Part shown: in pieces, positions 10,917 through 20,054 of the stretch | Position numbering within the stretch: the first letter of the stretch is position 1 | Layout of the letters: every line of letters begins with the position of its first letter | Origin: an uncultured Gemmatimonadales bacterium | GTDB taxonomy: Bacteria > Gemmatimonadota > Gemmatimonadetes > Gemmatimonadales > GWC2-71-9 | Length of the DNA: 64,000 nt | Direction: 5' to 3' | NCBI GenBank assembly: GCA_963798915.1 | Contig: CAWCVB010000001.1 | Location: 32,001-96,000, forward strand | The notes under the pieces: generated by a model | The model's input: only the letters and a program-made list of their open reading frames with translations | The model's database searches: none | What the model was told of the DNA's origin: nothing | Made by a program: the position numbers and the translations under genes

Positions 10917-11159
10917 ATGGCAACGATCACATGCACGCGCTGCGGCCAGGAGCGCGACCAGATGGCCTTCCAACCCTTCCAGAACGACCTGGGCAAGCGG
11001 GCCTACCACGAAATCTGCGCCGTCTGCTGGGGCGAATGGCTCAAGCAGCAGCAGGCGCTGATCAATCACTACGGGCTCAACCTGCGGGAGGCGGAGGCGA
11101 AGAAGTTTCTGTTCGGGGAAATGGAGCAGTTTCTGTTCGGGCTGAAGGCTGAAAACTGA
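10917..11159 (+). CDS. yggX: Fe(II)-trafficking/oxidative-damage protein, YggX family, with two CxxC motifs
   Basis: DLGKRAYHEIC..CWGEWLKQQQALINHYGLNL...FLF pattern; 80 aa. Confidence 0.8.
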   Translation: MATITCTRCGQERDQMAFQPFQNDLGKRAYHEICAVCWGEWLKQQQALINHYGLNLREAEAKKFLFGEMEQFLFGLKAEN

Positions 11160-11189
11160 AGGCTGAAGACAGGTCGTCAGTCGTCAGTC
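11140..11189 (+). repeat. Heptamer arrays: (GGCTGAA)x4 degenerate, then (GTCGTCA)x2
   Basis: Read directly; the yggX stop codon lies inside the array. Confidence 0.8.
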
Positions 11190-11228
11190 TTCGGGCAACC
11201 GAAGTCTGATGGCCGATGACCCCATGTT

Positions 11229-12185
11229 TCACCAGCTCCCGCTCACCTTGAACACCAGATCGATCCCTGCGTCGCCCGGCTTGAGATCTTCCGACATGCC
11301 AACCCGCCATTCGTTGCCGCCGTTCGAGTGAATCATCCAGCCGAAGTCGCCGGTCAATTCATGATTGTCGAGTGACTCGAGCGTTGTATCGTGATAGTAC
11401 GGGGTGTGATAGAAGAAGTAGCCGTAGATTGACTGCCCGCCCCACAGGTGGATTCGCACGCCTGTCGTTCCCATCCCGAAAACCACGTGCTGGTATGGGC
11501 TCAGCGCCCCATGCCGCGGAGTAAACCCGGCGCCAGCCGAGATCTCCCAGAACAGCGGTGCAGCCAGGTCGACCCTGAGTGCATGACTCGCACTGACGCT
11601 GGGGACGCCACGACCGAAGCCGCCGTCGCCTGTCGCAGTTGGCAGGGTCAGGCTCACTGCCGTCTGCTGCTCAAGATTGTGCCGCCAGCCCAGGGTGACC
11701 CGGGCGTCGCCCAGCGCAAGCGGGGTGCGCCTGGGGGCATAGTGGGTCCCATCCGGCAGCACCAGGTCGTAGCCGTAGGTGTTCTTCGGTCGCGCCGCCC
11801 GTTCCGGCTGGCTGAAACCGATTTGCCGGTGATACCAGACAAAGAACGCGTCCGCGAATCCGGCGTAGCTTCCCACCACTTCTCCCTGCGTCGACACCCA
11901 GAGGCGCGGGCTGAGGTCCCTGGTCCAGGCGACGGTGCCGCGCATCAGCTCCGCATCCAGGAGATAGCTGGCGCTGCCGCGCTGGTCCCGTTCGATGGCG
12001 TTGCCGTACTCGAAGGAGGCGGACCAGCGATTACGTGAAAGGTCGTACGGCAGGTAGGGCTGATAGGAGAGCCCGCTGCGCGAAGTGGCCGAGGGGTTGA
12101 GTGGCCGGCCGGACGGCGGGGATTGGGCGAGCGCCGGTGCTGCGCCCATGGCGAGCGTCAGGAACAGGATGGCAACGGATTTCAC
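11229..12185 (-). CDS. DUF3187-like exported/outer-membrane protein
   Basis: Signal peptide MKSVAIL...ALA-Q from GTG 12185; LLDAEL, GFADAFFVWYH, LGDARV, LTLPTATG, MSEDL motifs; terminal W. Confidence 0.65.
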   Translation of the reverse strand: MKSVAILFLTLAMGAAPALAQSPPSGRPLNPSATSRSGLSYQPYLPYDLSRNRWSASFEYGNAIERDQRGSASYLLDAELMRGTVAWTRDLSPRLWVSTQGEVVGSYAGFADAFFVWYHRQIGFSQPERAARPKNTYGYDLVLPDGTHYAPRRTPLALGDARVTLGWRHNLEQQTAVSLTLPTATGDGGFGRGVPSVSASHALRVDLAAPLFWEISAGAGFTPRHGALSPYQHVVFGMGTTGVRIHLWGGQSIYGYFFYHTPYYHDTTLESLDNHELTGDFGWMIHSNGGNEWRVGMSEDLKPGDAGIDLVFKVSGSW

Positions 12186-12285
12186 GGGCAGAAAGAAGAT
12201 GGCTAGACGGCTGGACGGCAAGGCGGCTGGTGGAAGTCGCGGGTCGCGGGTGAGGAAGCTAGCCCAACGCGTCAGCGCGCAGCGC

Positions 12286-13062
12286 TTAGCGCAATTGCCC
12301 CACTACTACATGCCTTTTATGTGCGCGAAGGACTTCGAACCGGATGCTGTCCTCGGGTGCGTAGGAGCGCAGGATGCGGATCAGGTTGGATGGGCTGTCG
12401 GGACGGCGACCGTCCACGCTGATCACCACGTCGCCACCGCGCAACCCCAGCGACGACTCGGGTGGCGCACTGATGACCAGCACGCCGTCGCTGCTGCCGA
12501 AATACCGGCCGAGGTCCGGGTTGAGGGGCGCGAGCTCGAGATGCACCAGCGGACTGCCTGGATTGACAAACCGGTAGCCCATCACCCGCTGGGGCCACTC
12601 CTCTGGCATCGGCATCGGTTCACCGCTGCGCAGTTCCCGGAGGGCACGATCCATCGGCATCTCGTTGACCAGCATGGGCACCAGATGCACCGTGCGCCGG
12701 ACGTCCCCGCGCCGGTATTCAATCGAAACCGTGTCATCCGTCCCCAACCGGCTCTGCAGCAACCACAACTGGACAGCCGGCGAGGCCAGCGGCCGGCCGT
12801 CGACACGAGTCACGTAGTCGCCGGTGCGAAGTCCGGCGCGGTCGGCGGGGCTCCCCGGGGTGATCGAGGTAATGGGATACCCCTTCTGCTCATCCGACTC
12901 ACCGCCGGTATAGACATTGATGCCAATCACGGCGCGCTGGATCGGCGCCGGCGATACAGCGATGTAGCCGCCGCGCGGCGATTGGGATCCGCGCACGGGA
13001 GACTGGGCCGCCATCGGCGTGCCCACGATCATCGACAGGAGGAAGGCGGTGCGAACCTGCAT
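12286..13062 (-). CDS. Periplasmic tandem PDZ-domain protein (no protease domain)
   Basis: Signal peptide; ITPGSPADRAGLRTGD and GVLVIS...LGLRGGDVVISVDG PDZ motifs. Confidence 0.85.
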   Translation of the reverse strand: MQVRTAFLLSMIVGTPMAAQSPVRGSQSPRGGYIAVSPAPIQRAVIGINVYTGGESDEQKGYPITSITPGSPADRAGLRTGDYVTRVDGRPLASPAVQLWLLQSRLGTDDTVSIEYRRGDVRRTVHLVPMLVNEMPMDRALRELRSGEPMPMPEEWPQRVMGYRFVNPGSPLVHLELAPLNPDLGRYFGSSDGVLVISAPPESSLGLRGGDVVISVDGRRPDSPSNLIRILRSYAPEDSIRFEVLRAHKRHVVVGQLR

Positions 13063-13065
13063 GAG

Positions 13066-13683
13066 CTAAAATCCTACCGTGCTGGCACGCGTGACGTGCA
13101 CATCCACCAGCGCATCCATCAACCCGACGCGCTGGCGCCAGAGATCGAGCTTGTTCTCGTTCTGCATGGCGGGCTCGGGCGCGAACTCGGCGGCCTGCAG
13201 CCGCTGGTCCACCTGGGCAATCCGGTCCTCGAGGACCTGCGCCACCCCGGCAGTCCGGCCATTGATCACCCGGGCATCCGGATTGTACGCATCCAGCACG
13301 CGCTCGAGTGTGGCGGATTGCGCCTGGGCTTCCTCGATAGCGGCCTGGGTCACGCCACCGTCATCGCTGCCGGCTGGCACGATCATCGGGCGAACCACCG
13401 CGAGCGCGGCAATGGAGGCAGCGAGCGCAAGCCCGACCGCGCCTGCCCGACGCAGCCGGCGGGCCCGCACGTCTGCCCGGCGCCGGGCATCGACGACGGC
13501 CCACATCTCATGTGCCGGCCGAAGCACCGGCAGCGCCCGGAGCCTGGCAACCCGCTGGTGCAGACGTTCCAGCTCGGCGCCGCAATGAGCGCAGGCCGCC
13601 ACATGCGCCCGCAGGTCCGCCTGCCCGGGCTCACTCGCACCGTCGCGAAGCAGCAGGAGCTGCTCCATGGTGAGGTGCGTCAT
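13066..13683 (-). CDS. Zinc-finger (HxxxCxxC) transmembrane anti-sigma factor
   Basis: HVAACAHC motif, single TM helix, ATGA coupling to the ECF sigma gene. Confidence 0.85.
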   Translation of the reverse strand: MTHLTMEQLLLLRDGASEPGQADLRAHVAACAHCGAELERLHQRVARLRALPVLRPAHEMWAVVDARRRADVRARRLRRAGAVGLALAASIAALAVVRPMIVPAGSDDGGVTQAAIEEAQAQSATLERVLDAYNPDARVINGRTAGVAQVLEDRIAQVDQRLQAAEFAPEPAMQNENKLDLWRQRVGLMDALVDVHVTRASTVGF

Positions 13684-14231
13684 GAGGCCGGCACCTCCTC
13701 ACCGAGCCAGCGCCGAAGCCGCGCATGCGCACGCGCAAGCTGCGACTTGGAGAAGCTGGGCGTCCGGCCCATCATGCCGGCGATTTCCTCGTGGGTATAT
13801 CCCTCGACATCGTGCAGCCATACTACCGCACGCGACGTCTCGCCGAGGCTGTCCAGCGCGGCCTCGAGATCCATTCGGAGCACGGTTTCGTCGCGTCGAG
13901 CCGGGGCAGCGTACTCGTGCAGCTCATCGGTGTCGCGATACTTGTTGCGGCGGAGCTTCATCAAGGCCTTGCTGGATGCGATGGTGCGGACCCAGCCCCA
14001 GAGACTGCCATCACCGCGATAGCGGCCGATGCTGCGGCAGACCTCGAAGAACGTCTCCTGCACCACATCTTCGGCGTCCTCGGTGGTCCGGCAGATTCGC
14101 CGGGCCAGGTTGTAGACTGGAACCTCGAAGGCACGGAAGACTGTCTCGAGCGCAGCGGCATCGCCCGCCTGGGCATCTGCCAGGACGGCGTCGGCTGCTG
14201 AAAACGATGTCATCGTAAGGGCTCGGGCCAT
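13680..14231 (-). CDS. ECF RNA polymerase sigma factor
   Basis: Region 2 DAEDVVQETF; region 4 LHDVEGYTHEEIAGMMG...SKSQLARA. Confidence 0.93.
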   Translation of the reverse strand: MARALTMTSFSAADAVLADAQAGDAAALETVFRAFEVPVYNLARRICRTTEDAEDVVQETFFEVCRSIGRYRGDGSLWGWVRTIASSKALMKLRRNKYRDTDELHEYAAPARRDETVLRMDLEAALDSLGETSRAVVWLHDVEGYTHEEIAGMMGRTPSFSKSQLARAHARLRRWLGEEVPAS

Positions 14232-14270
14232 GGTGCAAATATAGATGCGGGACGGGGTGGGATGGTCGCG

Positions 14271-14468
14271 GGGCAGGATGGGCAGGATGGGCAGGATGGG
14301 CAGGCAAAGCTCACCCAGCCGTCACCCCAGCGAAAGCTGGGGTCCATGAGGACCCGAGGCATGCTGCTTCACCAGGGGTAAGCCTTCATGGATTCCAGCG
14401 TGCGCTGGAAGGAAGGACAAACCGAGCCCGCCCATCTACCCCGTCCCGCCCATCCTGCCCATCTTGCC
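14271..14468. repeat. Composite element: 9-bp array, linker, 94-bp palindromic cassette (14321-14414), inverted 9-bp array
   Basis: Cassette GTCACCCCAGCGAAAGCTGGGGTCCATGAG...CATGGATTCCAGCGTGCGCTGGAA matches the copies at 37108 and 49953. Confidence 0.9.
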
Positions 14469-14471
14469 TCC

Positions 14472-15593
14472 ATGCCTACCCCCTCCGAGATCGCCATCTG
14501 GCACCACCATCTGGCCGACGAGGCCGACGCCGCGTTCCTCTACCGCCAGCTGGCCACCATCGAACAGAACCCGAAGCGATCGGAGCTGTTCCTCAAGCTG
14601 GCCGGAGTGGAAGACCGGCATGTGACCATCTGGCGTCAATTGCTGGCGGAAAATGGCCATGAGTCCCCCATTCCGGCACCATCAGCCGGCGCCCGGCTGC
14701 GCGCCTGGATGGCGCGCCGGCTGGGCGGCGGGTTCCTGCTGCCGCTCCTGCTCGCGGAGGAGGGGCGTGAGGTCAAGGGTTACCTCCAGCTGTATCAGGA
14801 GTCGCCCGAAGGGCCGTCGGGCCCCACCGCGCTGCTCCTGGCCAAGGAATCCAAGGAACATGCCGAGACATTGGCCGGAATGGCCGGCAGGAATGCGGAA
14901 CCCTGGCACCGGACCGGGGCGGGTGGCTTCCTCCGGAACGTTGTGTACGGGTTCAACGACGGCCTGACGGCGAATTTCGGCCTCGTGGCCGGCATGCTGG
15001 GCGCGCAGGCGTCACTCGGCTCGGCGGAACATGCCGTGCTGGTGGCAGGACTCGCCGGCATGGTAGCGGACGCGCTTTCGATGGGCAGTTCTGGCTACCT
15101 GGCCGCCAAGAGCGAGCGTGAGGTGTACGAACACGAGATCGCGATGGAGCGGGAGGAGATTCGCTTCATGCCTGACCTCGAACGCGAAGAGTTGAGTCTC
15201 ATCTACCAGGCCAAGGGAATTCCCGAGGAGCAGGCGAGCGCCCTGGCGACTCAGGTGATGGCTGACCCGGAGCGGGCGCTGGAAGAGAAGGTGCGCGAGG
15301 AGCTCCGGATCGGCGATGCCAATTCCACCCCGATGCGCGAGGCGTGGGTGACAGGAGTGGCGACCGCGCTTGGAGCCTTCATACCCGTGGCACCCTTTCT
15401 CTTCGGCACCGGCAAGGCGCCGATCGTTGCCGCATTCATCATCGCCATGCTCTCGCACTTCGGCGTGGGTGCGGCACGCAGCATGTTCACCGGACGCAGC
15501 GTGATCCGGAGCGGCATGGACATGTTCGTCGTGGGACTTGGTGTCGCGGTGGTGGGGTATTTCGTGGGAGAATGGATTGTTGGAGTGTTGTAG
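14472..15593 (+). CDS. VIT1/CCC1 family metal transporter with N-terminal ferritin/rubrerythrin-like domain
   Basis: DEADAA, EDRH and ESKEH helices, followed by LRNVVYGFNDGL, SMGSSGYLA and C-terminal TMs. Confidence 0.88.
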   Translation: MPTPSEIAIWHHHLADEADAAFLYRQLATIEQNPKRSELFLKLAGVEDRHVTIWRQLLAENGHESPIPAPSAGARLRAWMARRLGGGFLLPLLLAEEGREVKGYLQLYQESPEGPSGPTALLLAKESKEHAETLAGMAGRNAEPWHRTGAGGFLRNVVYGFNDGLTANFGLVAGMLGAQASLGSAEHAVLVAGLAGMVADALSMGSSGYLAAKSEREVYEHEIAMEREEIRFMPDLEREELSLIYQAKGIPEEQASALATQVMADPERALEEKVREELRIGDANSTPMREAWVTGVATALGAFIPVAPFLFGTGKAPIVAAFIIAMLSHFGVGAARSMFTGRSVIRSGMDMFVVGLGVAVVGYFVGEWIVGVL

Positions 15594-15831
15594 ACGGCTA
15601 GGCGGCTGGCGAAGGTCGCCACACGTGTCATTGCGAGGGCGCGGAGCGCCCGAAGCAATCGGGTAGTCATGGGGAATGGACGCGTGACGGATAGTCGCAC
15701 GTCGGCGTCAAGGCGTCACCTGCGGCGACACCTCCTGCTCTTAGCCGCGTGAAGACGCCGGGATGCTCGCGCTGGCTCCCTGATTGCTTCGTCGGCAATG
15801 ACGCACCCGCCTATCCTGCCCATCTCGCCCC
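15590..15831. repeat. Composite element: GACGGCTR-type repeats from the stop codon, linker, inverted arms (15627-15660 and 15782-15802), inverted 9-bp array
   Basis: Arms GTCATTGCGAG...GAAGCAATC and GATTGCTTCG...GCAATGAC are reverse complementary; left arm recurs at 63163-63200 and truncated at 9317. Confidence 0.85.
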
Positions 15832-15851
15832 CCTGCTATCTTCCCCCCGCC

Positions 15852-17441
15852 ATGACGACCGAACTCCAGCGCGAAGTCGCGCGCCGCCGCACCTTTGCCA
15901 TCATCAGCCATCCGGATGCGGGCAAGACGACACTCACCGAGAAGCTGCTGCTGTATGGCGGCGCCATTCACCTGGCCGGCGCGGTCAAGGCGCGCCGAGC
16001 CGCGCGACACGCCACCAGCGACTGGATGGCGATGGAGCAGGAGCGCGGCATCTCGGTCACCTCCAGTGTGATGCAGTTCGAGTACGCCGGCTTCCAGGTG
16101 AACCTGCTCGATACGCCCGGCCACGCCGACTTCAGCGAGGACACCTTCCGGACGCTGGTGGCCGCCGACAGCGCGGTGATGCTGCTCGACAACCGGCGTG
16201 GCGTCGAGGAGCGCACCCGGCAGCTGTTTGAGGTCTGCCGACTGCGCCGCACCCCGATCTTCACCTTTGTCAACAAGTGTGACCGGGTCGGTGCGCCGCC
16301 GCTCCAGCTCCTCTCCGATGTTGAGGCCGACCTTGGCATCACCTGCTATCCGGTAACGTGGCCCATCTTTGATGGCGGCCACTTTCTGGGCGTGTACGAG
16401 CGTGCCTCCGGCCTGGTGCGACTGTTCGAGAAGGGCACCGACCATGGCGCCGGCCGTGCGATCGAGAATGTCGCCCCATTGGAGGACCCGATGATCACCG
16501 CCCGGCTTGGCGACGGCGTCATGGCGACGCTCAGGGACGAGCTCGAGCTCCTCGACCTGGCCGGCGATCCCTTTGAGGTTGAGGCCATCAAGGCCGGGAC
16601 CATGACGCCGGTGTTCTTCGGCAGCGCGCTCACCAACTTCGGTGTGCGGCCCTTTCTCGACACCTTCCTGCCCCTTGCGCCGGAGCCGCTGCCCCGCGAA
16701 ACGAGCATTGGTGAAGTCGCACCTGACGACCCGGCCCTCAACGGCTTTGTGTTCAAGATCCAGGCAAACATGGATCCCAAGCACCGGGACCGGGTTGCGT
16801 TCGTGCGACTGGTATCGGGCCACTTCGAAGCGGGGATGCAGGCGCTGCACGTCCGGAGCGGAAAGACGATTCGGCTGGCCTCACCGCAGACATTCCTGGC
16901 CCGGGAGCGAACCGCTGTCGAGGACGCCTGGCCCGGCGATGTGATTGGCCTCCATGATCGCGGCACCTTCCGTGTGGGCGATACCATCACCACTGGCGCG
17001 CCGCTCGAGTTTGCCAACATCCCGCGCTTCTCGCCCGAGCACTTTTCGCGGGTGCGGTTATCGGACCCGCTGCGTCGGAAGCAGCTCGACACCGGCCTCC
17101 GCCAGCTGTCGGAAGAGGGGGCGGCGCAGGTGTTCTATGAAGAGAACATGGCCGGACCAAGCCCGATGGTGGGGGCCGTGGGGCAGCTGCAGTTCGACGT
17201 GCTGCTGCACCGGCTGGAAAACGAGTACGGCGTGCCCGCCAAGCTCGACCGCCTGCCCTTCAGCGTGGCGCGCTGGGTGGAAGGCCCTGCGGACGACATC
17301 CGCCGGGTGGGTGACGGCTACGGCAAGAAGCTGGTCTTTGACAGCCGGGGCGCGCCGCTGATCCTGTTTGAGAATGATTATGTGCTGCGGGGCACGGTGG
17401 AGCGGGAGGAGAAGATTACCTTTCACGCGGTGGCGCCGTGA
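15852..17441 (+). CDS. prfC: Peptide chain release factor 3
   Basis: RRRTFAIISHPDAGKTTLTEKLLL, DWMAMEQERGISVTSS, DTPGH, NKCD, GAVGQLQFDV. Confidence 0.97.
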   Translation: MTTELQREVARRRTFAIISHPDAGKTTLTEKLLLYGGAIHLAGAVKARRAARHATSDWMAMEQERGISVTSSVMQFEYAGFQVNLLDTPGHADFSEDTFRTLVAADSAVMLLDNRRGVEERTRQLFEVCRLRRTPIFTFVNKCDRVGAPPLQLLSDVEADLGITCYPVTWPIFDGGHFLGVYERASGLVRLFEKGTDHGAGRAIENVAPLEDPMITARLGDGVMATLRDELELLDLAGDPFEVEAIKAGTMTPVFFGSALTNFGVRPFLDTFLPLAPEPLPRETSIGEVAPDDPALNGFVFKIQANMDPKHRDRVAFVRLVSGHFEAGMQALHVRSGKTIRLASPQTFLARERTAVEDAWPGDVIGLHDRGTFRVGDTITTGAPLEFANIPRFSPEHFSRVRLSDPLRRKQLDTGLRQLSEEGAAQVFYEENMAGPSPMVGAVGQLQFDVLLHRLENEYGVPAKLDRLPFSVARWVEGPADDIRRVGDGYGKKLVFDSRGAPLILFENDYVLRGTVEREEKITFHAVAP

Positions 17442-17495
17442 TCGTCCAACCGTAGGGGTAAAGCCATGGCTTTGCCCCTACGGTTGGACGATCAC
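17438..17495. terminator. 58-bp near-perfect palindrome with GTAG-REP-like core between convergent prfC and leuS
   Basis: 29-bp arms with one mismatch; contains both TGA stop codons; terminator role is inferred. Confidence 0.7.
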
Positions 17496-19894
17496 ACCAC
17501 GATATTGATCAGCCGATCCTGCACGTAGATCACCTTGCGCGGGGTCGCATCGCCCACGAAACGCTTCGTCGCCTCGTCGGCCAGGGCCGCCGCCAGCACC
17601 TCCGGTTCCCCGCTGCCGCGTACCACCGTGACCCGCGAGCGGGTCCTGCCGCTCACCTGCACCGCCACCTCGACGCTGTCTTCCACCGCAAGCGCGGCAT
17701 CGCCTTCGGGCCAGCGCTCATCGAAGATGCTGGTGCTGTGGCCAAGTCGCTCCCAGCACTCCTCGGCAAAGTGCGGCGCGAAGGGGGCGAGCATGACCAC
17801 CATGTCCTCCACGACACGCCGGTCGGAACAGTGCGCCTCGCGCAGGACATTCAGCAGTTCCATGCAGGCCGCGATGGCCGTGTTGTAGCGCAGGTGCTCC
17901 AGTCCATCATGCGCTCGCAGCAGGGTCTGCTGCCACTTGGCCTCGACGTGGCGCGGAAGAGGGCGGATGACATCGTCCGCCGCCGTCTGGCCAACCAAGG
18001 CCCAGACCTTGTCCAGGAAACGTCGCGGCCCGCTGATGCCTTCGTCCCGGAAATCCCCGCCCTCCTGGAATGGTCCCAGGAACATCAGGTAGGTCCGGAA
18101 GGTGTCGGCGCCCCACTTGGCGATGTACTCGTCCGGGATCACGACATTGCCGCGCGACTTTGACATCTTGGCGCCGTCCTTGACGATCAGGCCATGCGCA
18201 CGAAAGCGGGCAAACGGCTCCTCGAACTCCAAGTAGCCCAATTCGTGCAGCACCATGGCGATGAAGCGGGAATACAGCAGGTGGAGCACGGCATGCTCAT
18301 TCCCGCCGATGTACGTGGACACGGGGCACCAGCGACGGGTGCGCTCAGCATCGAAGGGGCGGTCGTCGAAGTCGGTGCTGGGATAGCGCAGGTGATACCA
18401 GGCGGAATCGAGAAACGTGTCCGACACATCGGTTTCCCGGCGCGCCTTGCCGCCGCACTCGGGACACTCCACGTAGTACCAGGCCTCGTCGCGGGCGAGC
18501 GGCGAGACGCCGCTGTCGTCGGGCCGGAAATCCTCCAGGTGCGGCAGTTCGACTGGCAAGTCTTCCTCCGGCACCGGCACGACGCCGCACGTGTCGCAAT
18601 AGATGATCGGAATAGGCGGTCCCCAGTACCGCTGGCGCGAAATGCACCAGTCATGGAGGCGGTACTGCACCACTCCCTTGCCTGCGCCAGCGGCCTCGAG
18701 CCACGCGATGATGCGATGCACCCCTTCTTCGGCGGGGAGCCCGGAGAACTCGCCACTGTCCTGCAGGATGCCGTGCTCGTTGATGACCGGCACGATGGGC
18801 AGCATGAACTTCTCGGCAAACTCCCGGTCCCGCTCGTCGTGCGCCGGGACGGCCATGATGGCTCCGGTGCCATATTCCATCAACACGTAATCCGCGATCC
18901 AGACCGGGACGGTCCGGCCGGTGGCGGGATTCCTGGCGAATGCCCCGGTGAAGACGCCGGTCTTCTCGCGCTCGCCAATCCGGCGCGAGACGAGATCCTT
19001 CGAGGCCGCGGCCGAGCGGTAAGCGTTCACCGCCTCGCGCTGGGCCGCCGTGGTGATGTCCGGCACCAGCGGATGCTCGGGGGCCAGGACCATGAATGTG
19101 GCGCCGAACAGCGTATCAGGCCTGGTCGTGAAGACCCGGATGCTCTTGCCGTGCTCGACAGGAAACTCGATCTCCGCCCCCTCGGAGCGGCCGAGCCAGT
19201 TGCGCTGCGCCGTCGTGGTGGAGTCGGACCAGTCCATCCGGGACGGGTCATCGAGGTTCGCCAGCAGTGTCCCGGCGTAGTCACTGATCCGGAAGAACCA
19301 TTGTTCCAGGATCCGCTGCTCCACCAGCGTGTCGCAGCGTTCGCAGCGGCCGCCAATGACCTGCTCATTGGCGAGGACCGTCTTGTCCTTTGGGCACCAG
19401 TTGACCGCGGCCGCCTTCTTGTAGGCCTTCCCCGCCTTGTACAGCTGCAGGAAGATCCACTGGGTCCACTTGTAGTAGCCGGGATCGGTGGTGGAGAGTT
19501 CATGCCGCCAGTCGAACATGCCGCCGATCCGCTTCAGCTGCCGGCGGAAGTTCGCAATGTTCCGCGGAATGAGCGTGCCCGGGTGGGTGCCGACCCGCAA
19601 CGCAAAATTTTCGCTGTGGATGCCGAAGGCGTCGAACCCGATGGGTTCAAAGACATCAAAGCCCTGGAGCCGCTTGAACCGCCCGAAGACGTCGGCACCG
19701 GTAAAGGCGAACATGTTCCCGACATGCAGCCCTTCCGCCGAGGGATAGGGAAACATCATCAGGTTGTAATAGGGGCGAGGGGCCCGATCGAGGTCCGGCT
19801 CGTTGGTGTGACGCTCCGCCCAGCGTCGCTGCCACTTGGCTTCGACCTGGTCGGGCTGGTAGGACTGGGGATCGGTCTCGGAGGGCTGGGTCAT
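17492..19894 (-). CDS. leuS: Leucine--tRNA ligase
   Basis: MFPYPSAEGLHVGN (HIGH-like), FTTRPDT, GTGAIMAVPAHD editing motif, DWCISRQRYWG, KMSKS. Confidence 0.97.
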   Translation of the reverse strand: MTQPSETDPQSYQPDQVEAKWQRRWAERHTNEPDLDRAPRPYYNLMMFPYPSAEGLHVGNMFAFTGADVFGRFKRLQGFDVFEPIGFDAFGIHSENFALRVGTHPGTLIPRNIANFRRQLKRIGGMFDWRHELSTTDPGYYKWTQWIFLQLYKAGKAYKKAAAVNWCPKDKTVLANEQVIGGRCERCDTLVEQRILEQWFFRISDYAGTLLANLDDPSRMDWSDSTTTAQRNWLGRSEGAEIEFPVEHGKSIRVFTTRPDTLFGATFMVLAPEHPLVPDITTAAQREAVNAYRSAAASKDLVSRRIGEREKTGVFTGAFARNPATGRTVPVWIADYVLMEYGTGAIMAVPAHDERDREFAEKFMLPIVPVINEHGILQDSGEFSGLPAEEGVHRIIAWLEAAGAGKGVVQYRLHDWCISRQRYWGPPIPIIYCDTCGVVPVPEEDLPVELPHLEDFRPDDSGVSPLARDEAWYYVECPECGGKARRETDVSDTFLDSAWYHLRYPSTDFDDRPFDAERTRRWCPVSTYIGGNEHAVLHLLYSRFIAMVLHELGYLEFEEPFARFRAHGLIVKDGAKMSKSRGNVVIPDEYIAKWGADTFRTYLMFLGPFQEGGDFRDEGISGPRRFLDKVWALVGQTAADDVIRPLPRHVEAKWQQTLLRAHDGLEHLRYNTAIAACMELLNVLREAHCSDRRVVEDMVVMLAPFAPHFAEECWERLGHSTSIFDERWPEGDAALAVEDSVEVAVQVSGRTRSRVTVVRGSGEPEVLAAALADEATKRFVGDATPRKVIYVQDRLINIVV

Positions 19895-20054
19895 CTGATG
19901 ACTGCGGTCCACGGAAAATGTCGTCCAGTGCCGGGTTGAGCGGGAAATGTACCGGAGCGCGTGAGCCCATGCCATGCACGGCTTGCCCTGCTCCGGTCCG
20001 GTCTCATAGCTTCCGGTCACACCCCTCCTTCCATCTGGCGGACTGCGGAGACGC

